Shown piece after piece: positions 7,824-15,451 of a stretch of DNA of 24,875 bases (the stretch's first letter is position 1; each line of letters begins with the position of its first letter). This stretch comes from Victivallales bacterium (GTDB lineage Bacteria > Verrucomicrobiota > Lentisphaeria > Oligosphaerales > Oligosphaeraceae). The stretch spans positions 1 to 24,875 of the forward strand of contig JAFYIW010000348.1 of the NCBI GenBank assembly GCA_017538465.1, in the 5' to 3' direction. A model generated the notes under the pieces. That model did not search any database. It had not been told where the DNA came from and saw nothing but the letters and a program-made list of their open reading frames with translations. Position numbers and translations under genes: made by a program.

Positions 7824-7920
7824 ATCCCAAAGGAAATTTTTTTGTCAATTCGTGTCGCCCGGCTAGTGGAATCATCCGTGCTGCGGCTTGAGATAAATAA
7901 CCCGACTACCTTTAAGTTTC

Positions 7921-10083
7921 ATGAAGCATCTCGTTCGCCTTCTGCTTTGCGCCTTCTGTTTTGCGGCGTCCGTCGTCTCTGCCGAAATCATCCGGGATAT
8001 CCGGTTTGACGGACGGCCGCTGAAGGAACAGGGCGTGGAAGCGAAAAAGGACTACGGGGATCATCGTGGCATTGTCACCCAACTGCCGGCGGTCGCCGTG
8101 GAGGGCGCTGCTGTACAACCATGGCTCCTCTTCAATCCGGGTGATCGCAGCTGGACAGCGCTGGTGACGGACCTGGAGGGGCTGAAACTTCCCGCCGGCA
8201 CGCGCATCCGCCTGACCGTCTGGGTGAAAAGCAATCGTCCCGGCTATGTCCGAGTCGCGCTCTCCGAGGGCGTCTCCTACGGCGGGGACTGCCGTCTTTT
8301 GTCGCGTGGGCAGGGGATGTTTCCGTATGTGCGCCAGGCGCTGATTCTGGAACGGACGCTGGTGGAGGAAAGCGAGCTGCTCTCGGCGGCGGTGGGCATC
8401 GACTACCAAAGCGCGGGTGCCTGGGCGGCGGTGGACCGCATTTGCGTGGAGACGCTGATGAACGACGAGCTGGTCTCGCCCGGCGCCATCCCCGCCACGG
8501 ACTATCCGGAGCTTCTCATCACTTCAGAGCAGGCGTCAATTGTCGCGGCGGAAGTCGAAAGGCAACTGACGATTACGCAGAAGGAAATCGCGGCGCTGGA
8601 GGCGGCGGGCTTTGCCGAGCACGAGAGCGTCGTGCGTCGCCGCGAGGCCACGCGCCGGCTGGAGGATTTCCTGTCCGGTCGGCAATCCTCCATTAACCTG
8701 CTTGAGGTGGAACAGCAGTGGTTTGCGGATGCGGTGCAGCTTCAGCTTCAGCCCGAGTTGTTCGATTTCACCCAGAAGAGCATGCTGTTGCCGGAGAGTT
8801 CGACGCTCTGGAATGCGCGCGCGCCGCAGGGCGGGCATGACGGCGCGGTACTGCTGGTCTCCAATCAAAGTTGCCAGCCGCTGACCTACCAGCTTACGTT
8901 GCAGGGGGAACTCTGCCAGGCTCTCCGCTTCCGGAAACTGGCATGGGTGAATGAGCGGGCGGATTGCGCCGTGGAGACGGCGATGGACACGCTCCAGGAG
9001 ATCCCGTCCGAGGCCATCCAGGCATACGCGCTGGAATTCCGCGCCGGCGAATTGCCGCCGGGCACCTACGAGGGCGAGGTCGTGCTTACGCCACTGGGGG
9101 ATCGTTACCCTGTTCGGACGGCCAAATTGAGCTTCACCGTGCTGCCTTGGCGGATGTCCGCCCAGATGCCGGTGCGGACCTTCCTCTTCGACTATGGACA
9201 CGCCCTGCGGCCGGAGATGGCCCCGCTGATGAAGGAAGGGCGGCTTAACACCATCCAGTTTAATCTGGACGGCCGTGACCTCTCGCGAATCGCGAAATAC
9301 ACGCGCCAGATCGAGGCGGCCGGGCTGCGTGAAGGGTGCTTCGCCTACATCGAGGAGTGGTTCACCCGCGAGGAGGGTTGGCACGAAAAGGACGACGAGT
9401 GGCTTGACCAGCTCTGCGCCGAGATGGAGCGCAACGGCTGGGACTACGACGAGTGGTGCCTGCACATCTTCGACGAGGTCTTCGGCGACCTCTTCCTCGA
9501 GTGCGCCAAGGCCATCAAGGCCCATAATCCGAAGGTCCAGATCTTCTCGGACATGCTGGTGACCGACCTGGAGGTCCTGGAGCGCTTCAATCCCTACCTG
9601 GATTTCTATTGTCCGCACATCCGCACGCAGTTTCCGCCAGAGCGTGCCAATTACCAGAAGGCAATCGACTACATCTACGCCTCCGGGCATCCCGTCTGGC
9701 TCTACGACTGCGATTCCTGCGCCGTGCATCCCCTCGACATCGCCCGCGCCATCTCCTGGCGTGCTTGGCTGGACGGGGCGAAGGGCATCACCTACTGGGC
9801 ATTGATTGCCAGTCGGTTGCGAGCTCCAGAGGCGGGCGTGGAGAACTGGGGAATGACCTATCCCCTCGGAGGGAAATGGGTGCCCAGCCGTCGGCTCCTG
9901 ATGTATTTCGCCGGTCTGGAAGACTACCTTCTGCTGGAACGGGCCGCCGAACTCCAGCCTGAGCGCACGCGCGAAATCGCCCAGCGAGTCGTGGATGCCT
10001 TCTCCTACGGACAAAACACGATGTGCCAGGCGCACTACGCCGCCCGACAAGAACTGCTGGATATCATCGAGGCTGCCCAATAG
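7921..10083 (+). CDS. Secreted multidomain protein: N-terminal CBM-like beta-sandwich plus GH123/DUF4091-like catalytic region (720 aa)
   Basis: Signal peptide ...AASVVSA|EI. CBM-like LTVWVKS...AVDRICVE and Ig-like LPPGTYEGEVVLT segments. C-terminal LHIFDEV, WLYDC, GAKGITYW and SRRLLMYFAGLEDYLL resemble GH123/DUF4091 motifs. Confidence 0.6.
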   Translation: MKHLVRLLLCAFCFAASVVSAEIIRDIRFDGRPLKEQGVEAKKDYGDHRGIVTQLPAVAVEGAAVQPWLLFNPGDRSWTALVTDLEGLKLPAGTRIRLTVWVKSNRPGYVRVALSEGVSYGGDCRLLSRGQGMFPYVRQALILERTLVEESELLSAAVGIDYQSAGAWAAVDRICVETLMNDELVSPGAIPATDYPELLITSEQASIVAAEVERQLTITQKEIAALEAAGFAEHESVVRRREATRRLEDFLSGRQSSINLLEVEQQWFADAVQLQLQPELFDFTQKSMLLPESSTLWNARAPQGGHDGAVLLVSNQSCQPLTYQLTLQGELCQALRFRKLAWVNERADCAVETAMDTLQEIPSEAIQAYALEFRAGELPPGTYEGEVVLTPLGDRYPVRTAKLSFTVLPWRMSAQMPVRTFLFDYGHALRPEMAPLMKEGRLNTIQFNLDGRDLSRIAKYTRQIEAAGLREGCFAYIEEWFTREEGWHEKDDEWLDQLCAEMERNGWDYDEWCLHIFDEVFGDLFLECAKAIKAHNPKVQIFSDMLVTDLEVLERFNPYLDFYCPHIRTQFPPERANYQKAIDYIYASGHPVWLYDCDSCAVHPLDIARAISWRAWLDGAKGITYWALIASRLRAPEAGVENWGMTYPLGGKWVPSRRLLMYFAGLEDYLLLERAAELQPERTREIAQRVVDAFSYGQNTMCQAHYAARQELLDIIEAAQ

Positions 10084-10116
10084 TCGCCCGTTTCCTGCGC
10101 CTGTGCCCGTTCTGTG

Positions 10117-10136
10117 CCCGCGCCTTCTTGCGCGGG
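10117..10136 (+). terminator. GC hairpin after the GH123-like gene
   Basis: CCCGCGC-cttctt-GCGCGGG followed by TTCATT (weak U-tract). Confidence 0.4.
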
Positions 10137-10140
10137 TTCA

Positions 10141-10172
10141 TTGTCGGCGAAATCGCCAAACGGCTCTATATT
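10141..10172 (+). promoter_or_regulatory. Putative promoter/operator upstream of the tandem paralogue array
   Basis: TTGTCG-N20-TATATT with the dyad GGCGA-AA-TCGCC at 10146-10157. Confidence 0.4.
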
Positions 10173-10220
10173 AGAAATGATTTCTTTGGTTTGTGTTCTC
10201 AACCCCTAACTTGAGGTGAT

Positions 10221-11513
10221 ATGATGCGAAAAACCTTCTGGGCGGCAGCGTGCGTCTGCCTGTTGTCAACCTTTCTTTGGGCTGGGGAAGGCTCGGTCTC
10301 GGCGAAGCTGCTTGGCCTGAACGATGACCAGTTCCCGATTCTGGCGTGGGGCGGAATTACCCTCGAGCCGCTGGTGCGCCAGCCGGAATACTACCGCGAG
10401 ATGAAGGCGTGCGGCTTTACCATCGCATGCACGGCCTACAATGACGCGCAGATTGACGCGGCCCGCGAGGCGGGAATGAAGGTCCTCTTGGGAAACAGCG
10501 CCTTCGGCAACCGCGACTGGATGAAGCCCGATCCCGTTGGCTGGGCGGCGGACTTCGCGCCCTTCGCCGAAAAGTACAAGGACGACCCCGCCGTCGCCGG
10601 CTTCTATGTCAAGGACGAGCCGCAGACGACCGAGCTGGACGGCCTGGTCCCGATGGCGCAGACCATCCTGGACCAGAGCGGCAAACTCCCCTACATCAAT
10701 CTCTATCCCCTCTCGGCGAACATCACGCACTTCCTGCCGCTGACCTATGCCGAACACGTCGAGAAGTATATGCGCGAGAACCCCTCGCCGGTTGCCAGCT
10801 TCGACCAGTATGTCTTCTTCGAGGACGGGCAGATTCGCGAGACCTTCTACACCAACTTCAAGATCTTCCGCGACGCCGCGCTGAAATACGACAAGGAGTG
10901 GTGGTATATCGGCCTTTCCATCGCCCACCGCCACTATGCGGTGCCCACCTACGCGCAGATGAACCTGGCCGCCTTCGCCGCGCTGGCGTACGGTGCCCGT
11001 GGCATCAGCTGGTTTAAGTACTCCGACATCGGCCGCCCCGGCTGGTGGGCGGCCCCGCTCACCCCCTTCGGCGAAAAGACGCCCGTCTGGTTTGCGCTCC
11101 AGCGCGTGAACCGCTCCATCCAGAACTACGCATACGTCCTCAACCACCTCAAGAGCGACCGCGTGTACCACTTCATCACTCCCGCCACCAACAACCCCGA
11201 GCGCTCCGACGGACCGGACGCCGACAGCCTGATTTCCAGCGTGGTCAATATCGGCAAGGACCCCTTCCGCACCGGCGGCAACTGGATTGTCGGCGAATTC
11301 ACCCACGACCAGACTGGCGACCGCTACATGATCGTGGTCAACAAGGACCTCGACCGCACCTCGGAGTTCATCCCCGTGTGGCGAGATGGCAAGAAGCCCA
11401 AGGAGGTCCGCTACATCCAGGAGGCCAGCCACAACGAGACGCCTTTCGGACGCAGCACCGACTCCGACATCCTGGAGCCCGGCGGCTCCGTAATCCTCCA
11501 CCTCATCTACTAA
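10221..11513 (+). CDS. Secreted uncharacterised DEP-family TIM-barrel protein, paralogue B
   Basis: RBS GAGGTG (true start may be ATG 10224). Signal peptide ...STFLWA|GE. Motifs FPILAWG, GFYVKDEP, FDQY, YGARGISWF and GEFTH. Confidence 0.85.
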   Translation: MMRKTFWAAACVCLLSTFLWAGEGSVSAKLLGLNDDQFPILAWGGITLEPLVRQPEYYREMKACGFTIACTAYNDAQIDAAREAGMKVLLGNSAFGNRDWMKPDPVGWAADFAPFAEKYKDDPAVAGFYVKDEPQTTELDGLVPMAQTILDQSGKLPYINLYPLSANITHFLPLTYAEHVEKYMRENPSPVASFDQYVFFEDGQIRETFYTNFKIFRDAALKYDKEWWYIGLSIAHRHYAVPTYAQMNLAAFAALAYGARGISWFKYSDIGRPGWWAAPLTPFGEKTPVWFALQRVNRSIQNYAYVLNHLKSDRVYHFITPATNNPERSDGPDADSLISSVVNIGKDPFRTGGNWIVGEFTHDQTGDRYMIVVNKDLDRTSEFIPVWRDGKKPKEVRYIQEASHNETPFGRSTDSDILEPGGSVILHLIY

Positions 11514-11540
11514 CCACCAACGCGATAGGAGACCAAGCAA

Positions 11541-12815
11541 ATGAAACGACTCTTTCTGACGATTCTCTGCCTCGCGCTGGCAGCCCAATTCCTCCACGCC
11601 GCCGACGAGCTCCTCTTCCCCATCCTGGGCTGGGGCGTGATGGGCAATGCACATCATATTGAAAAGACCCCCGGTCTTCCCTATGACCACGACCCCGAAC
11701 TCTACCGCGAGATGAAGGACTGCGGGTTCTCCATCGCCGGCTTCGCCCACCGCGCCGAGCAGGTCGCCGCCGCCAAGGAGGCGGGCGTGAAGGTCTTCTG
11801 GTATGACGATCCCATCTGCAACCAGGACTGGGCGAACCTCGACCTCGAGAGGTTCCGCAACGACTTCATCAGAATCAACGAGCAGTGGAAAGACGAGCCG
11901 ACGGTCTGCGGATACTACCTCCAGGACGAGCCACGCGCCGCCGCGCTGGACAACCTGGCCGCCGCCTGCCAGATCGTCCGCGAGGTCGCCCCGGACAAGG
12001 ACCCCTACGTGAATCTCTTCTCCAGCAGCACGCAGCTCTACAACTACGCGCCTCTTACCTACGAAGCGTATGTGGAGAAGGTGATGGAGGGCAATCCCGC
12101 CCCCAACACCGGCTACGACCAGTATGTCTTCTACGAGGACAACCATGTGCGCGAGACGCTCTTCGGCTGCTGCGAGGTCTTCCGGAAACTCTCGCTCAAG
12201 CACAACAAGTCGTGGTGGTACTGCGGACTCTCCATCGCTCACCGCAACTACGCGGTGCCTACTTACGAACAGCTTAGCCTGGCGGCCTGGAGCGCAATCG
12301 CCTATGGTGCGAAAGGCCTGGCATGGTTCACCTACTTCGACTCCAATCGCACCGGCTGGCACTCCGCGCCGCTGAACGCCTACGGCGACCGCACCCCCAC
12401 CTGGTATCATCTCAAGCAGGTCAACCGCAGCGTCCAGAGTCAGGCGTCGGTTCTGCTGAAGCTGCGCAACGACCGCACCTACCATTTCGGCTCCACCGTT
12501 CCGGAATCCTCCGAACGCGTGAATGGCCCGGACGAGGGCAGCCTGATTTCCGGCGTGCTCAACGGCACCCACTGGCTGGTCGGCGAATTCACCCACGAGG
12601 AGACCGGCGAGCGCTATCTGGTGGTGGTCAACAAGGACATGACACACGCCAACGAGTTCATCCCCGTGTGGCGCGAGGGAAAGAAGCCCTTGAAAGTGAT
12701 GGTGAGGCTCAACCAGCTCAACCCCAGCGAAATCCCCTTCAACCGCACGCCCAACGACACCAACATCTTCGAGCCGGGTGGCGCGGCGGTCCTCCACCTC
12801 ATCTATGAAAAGTAA
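11541..12815 (+). CDS. Secreted uncharacterised DEP-family TIM-barrel protein, paralogue C
   Basis: RBS AGGAG. Signal peptide ...AQFLHA|AD. Motifs FPILGWG, GYYLQDEP, YDQY, YGAKGLAWF and GEFTH. Confidence 0.85.
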   Translation: MKRLFLTILCLALAAQFLHAADELLFPILGWGVMGNAHHIEKTPGLPYDHDPELYREMKDCGFSIAGFAHRAEQVAAAKEAGVKVFWYDDPICNQDWANLDLERFRNDFIRINEQWKDEPTVCGYYLQDEPRAAALDNLAAACQIVREVAPDKDPYVNLFSSSTQLYNYAPLTYEAYVEKVMEGNPAPNTGYDQYVFYEDNHVRETLFGCCEVFRKLSLKHNKSWWYCGLSIAHRNYAVPTYEQLSLAAWSAIAYGAKGLAWFTYFDSNRTGWHSAPLNAYGDRTPTWYHLKQVNRSVQSQASVLLKLRNDRTYHFGSTVPESSERVNGPDEGSLISGVLNGTHWLVGEFTHEETGERYLVVVNKDMTHANEFIPVWREGKKPLKVMVRLNQLNPSEIPFNRTPNDTNIFEPGGAAVLHLIYEK

Positions 12816-12836
12816 CGCTTACAGGAGGAAACACTG

Positions 12837-14075
12837 ATGAAAAAACTCATCCTGACCATTATGTTCTGCCTGGGCGCTACGCTTTTCGCAGTCGAACCCA
12901 ATCAGTTCCCCATCCTGGGCTGGGGCGTCCTTGACTATCTCCCGGAACATTCCAAGACGCCTGAGTTCTACGAGGAGATGAAGGAGTGCGGATTCACCAT
13001 CGCCGGATTCGCCTCCAATGATGCGCAGGTGGCCGCCGCTAGGCAGGCCGGAATGCAGGTCATCATCTGGCATCGCGACATCGCCGCCGTGGACTTCCGC
13101 CACCCCGATGCCGACGCCTGGCGCGAGAAGGTCAAGGCCGTCGTGGACAAATACGCCGACGAACCCGCCGTCTGGGGATATTACGTCAAGGACGAACCGG
13201 AACTGGCGGACATGGAGGGCGTCGCCATCATGTGCCAGCTCATCCGCGAACTGGCGCCTGGCAAGGAGCCCTACGCGAACCTCTATCCGCCCAGCGCCAA
13301 CCCGAACCACTGGGCACCGCTGGACTTCGAGGGCTATGTCGAGAAGGCGATGACGGAATTCGCCTCGAAGGCGGTCGGCTACGACCAGTATGTCTTCTAC
13401 GAGGACGGCAATGTCCGCGAGACGATGCAGAAGGGCTACAAGGTCTCCCGCGAGAAGGCGCTGGCCGCCGGCAAGGAGTGGTGGTATTGCGGACTCTCGA
13501 TTGCACACCGCACCTACGCGGTGCCGACCTTCCCGCAGCTCAACATGGCGGCCTTCAGCGCGCTGGCCTACGGCGCACGCGGGCTGGCGTGGTTCACCTA
13601 CCTCGACACGCGGATGCAGGGCTGGCATGACGCGCCGCTCAACGCCTACGGCGAGCGTACCCCGACCTGGTGGGCGCTCAAGCGCGTGAACCGCGACATC
13701 CAGGGACTCGCGCCTATCCTGAACCACCTCAAGAGCGACCGCGTCTATCACTTCGGCGACACCGTCCCCGGCTCAGCCGAACGCCTCAACGGCCCCGATG
13801 GAGGAAGCCTAATCTCCGGGATGCTCCTCTCCAGCCACTGGCTGATCGGCGAGTTTACCCATGACGAGACTGGCGACCGCTACCTGATCGTGGTGAACAA
13901 GGACACGACGCATACCAACGAGTTCCTCCCGCAGTGGCGGGACGGCAAGGTGCCCGCGCAGGTCAACTACGTCTTCACCGTCTTCCCCAACCGGGAGTGC
14001 GGAATCAACCGCAAGCCCAACGACAACAACATCTTCGAGGCCGGCGCCGCCGCGCTCCTGCACCTTCACTACTAG
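12837..14075 (+). CDS. Secreted uncharacterised DEP-family TIM-barrel protein, paralogue D
   Basis: RBS AGGAGG. Signal peptide ...GATLFA|VE. Motifs FPILGWG, GYYVKDEP, YDQY, YGARGLAWF and GEFTH. Confidence 0.85.
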   Translation: MKKLILTIMFCLGATLFAVEPNQFPILGWGVLDYLPEHSKTPEFYEEMKECGFTIAGFASNDAQVAAARQAGMQVIIWHRDIAAVDFRHPDADAWREKVKAVVDKYADEPAVWGYYVKDEPELADMEGVAIMCQLIRELAPGKEPYANLYPPSANPNHWAPLDFEGYVEKAMTEFASKAVGYDQYVFYEDGNVRETMQKGYKVSREKALAAGKEWWYCGLSIAHRTYAVPTFPQLNMAAFSALAYGARGLAWFTYLDTRMQGWHDAPLNAYGERTPTWWALKRVNRDIQGLAPILNHLKSDRVYHFGDTVPGSAERLNGPDGGSLISGMLLSSHWLIGEFTHDETGDRYLIVVNKDTTHTNEFLPQWRDGKVPAQVNYVFTVFPNRECGINRKPNDNNIFEAGAAALLHLHY

Positions 14076-14078
14076 TCT

Positions 14079-14106
14079 AAAGTCGAAAGGTTAAAGGTAA
14101 AAGTTT
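14079..14106. repeat. Degenerate intergenic heptamer tandem repeat
   Basis: AAAGTCG AAAGGTT AAAGGTA AAAGTTT (7-nt period). Confidence 0.6.
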
Positions 14107-14119
14107 AAGAATCCAATCA

Positions 14120-14809
14120 ATGCCAAGCAATCCCTTCATCGTGATTCCCTGCTACCGCGAGGACCCGGCGGTCGTGCGGCGCACGGTGGAGGGCATTGTC
14201 GGGGGGGCCTGGAAGATTGTGCTGGTGGATGACGGCTCGCCGGAGAAGCTTGTCCTGAATTGTCCAGAATTGTCTCAAAAAGTCACAATTCTGCGTCATC
14301 CCGTGAATCGCGGGCAGGGCGCGGCGTTGCAGACGGGCGCGGACTACGCGGTGCGCCATGGCGCAGATGCCGTGGTGCACTTTGACGCGGATGGCCAGCA
14401 CGACCCGCAGGACATCCCGCGCTTCCTTGCGGCACTGGATGCAGGAGACTGCGACATCGTTCTGGGGTCGAGATTCCTGCGTCCAGAGGATCTGGCTGCT
14501 ATTCCTGCCGGCCGCCGGCGGTTGCTTCGTCTGGCGCGTTTCGTGGAGACTTGCCTGACGGGGCTGGAGTTGACGGATGTCCACAATGGCTTTCGGGCGT
14601 TGGGGCCGCGCGCGCTGGCGGTCATTCGCATCCGCGAGGATCGCATGGCGCACGCCAGCGAGATTCTGATGCAGGTGGCACGAAAGCATCTTCGCTGGAA
14701 GGAACTGCCCACGCACATCGTCTATAGCGAGTATTCCTCCTCCAAGGGGCAGAAGGTCGGGAACGCTTTCAATATCCTTTGGGATCTTTTGCTGGGGAAA
14801 TGGCTGTGA
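14120..14809 (+). CDS. Glycosyltransferase family 2 (DPM/polyprenol-phosphate synthase-like)
   Basis: Motifs VIPCYRE, LVDDGS, HPVNRGQGAALQTG, FDADGQH, GSRF and DVHNGFRA. Confidence 0.9.
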   Translation: MPSNPFIVIPCYREDPAVVRRTVEGIVGGAWKIVLVDDGSPEKLVLNCPELSQKVTILRHPVNRGQGAALQTGADYAVRHGADAVVHFDADGQHDPQDIPRFLAALDAGDCDIVLGSRFLRPEDLAAIPAGRRRLLRLARFVETCLTGLELTDVHNGFRALGPRALAVIRIREDRMAHASEILMQVARKHLRWKELPTHIVYSEYSSSKGQKVGNAFNILWDLLLGKWL

Positions 14810-14819
14810 GGATGGCGCT

Positions 14820-15410
14820 ATGATACGGGTGGCGGAATGCGATTTGGTGGCGCTGGATTTTGAGACCACCGGCACGGCGGAGGGGGGCTTCCTGAACACC
14901 CCATGGCAGATTGGCCTGGTGGTGATTGCTAACGGCAGGGTGACTTTGGAGCGTAGTTTCCAATCGTTGCTGCACGTGCCGGAGGACCAGCCCTTTAATC
15001 CCTACGCGCCGGGACGCTGGGCGCAGCTGCGCCACGAACTCGCCCAGGCCCCCGCCATCACCGAACTCTGGCCACAACTCCAGCCGATGCTCATCGGTCA
15101 TCCGCTGGTCGCGCATCACGCGCCGACCGAACGCACGCTGCTGCGACAGCTTTTCCCGCTTCAGGAGTTCGGGCCCTGGATTGACACCCTCGCCATCGCA
15201 CGCATGGCTTTCCCAAAATTGTCGGATTACAAACTGGAGAACCTGGTGCCGGCCCTGGGACTGGCGCCATTGCTTGAACAGCGTTGCCCCGGATTGGCTT
15301 CCCATGATGCCTTCTACGATGCGGTTGCTTGTGCGACCTTGCTGGAGACCGTCCTCGCCGCCCCTGGCTGGAACCACGCCCGCATTGAGGAACTGGCCGC
15401 CTTGCGGTAA
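14820..15410 (+). CDS. DEDDh 3'-5' exonuclease (DNA polymerase III epsilon-like)
   Basis: ExoI DFETTG, ExoII VAHHA, WIDTL and ExoIII HDAFYDA. Confidence 0.88.
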   Translation: MIRVAECDLVALDFETTGTAEGGFLNTPWQIGLVVIANGRVTLERSFQSLLHVPEDQPFNPYAPGRWAQLRHELAQAPAITELWPQLQPMLIGHPLVAHHAPTERTLLRQLFPLQEFGPWIDTLAIARMAFPKLSDYKLENLVPALGLAPLLEQRCPGLASHDAFYDAVACATLLETVLAAPGWNHARIEELAALR

Positions 15411-15451
15411 GTTGAGTTGCCGCATTGTATGATTCGATTTAACTGTAATTC

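Noticed and set aside
7444-7875. ORFs 7444..7875 and 7481..7708 over the tRNA region
   Set aside because: They overlap two unambiguous tRNA genes and a terminator.
495-10080. Other long antisense ORFs (495..2261, 2567..4132, 4898..6172, 8536..10080)
   Set aside because: Each fully shadows a motif-bearing gene on the other strand and shows the typical antisense composition.
10101-10120. Short direct repeat CTGTGCCCG x2 after the GH123-like gene
   Set aside because: Only 9 nt in GC-rich sequence and partly the terminator stem, so there is no independent support.
10266-12797. 843-aa antisense ORF spanning paralogues B and C
   Set aside because: It is the mirror frame of GC3-rich genes, where stops are depleted. 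It spans two genes only because they share a frame, and it has no recognisable motifs.
10221-14075. All three tandem paralogues share one reading frame (possible read-through polyprotein)
   Set aside because: The first spacer has an extra in-frame TAG and each gene has its own RBS and signal peptide. Probability of the shared frame by chance is about 1 in 9.
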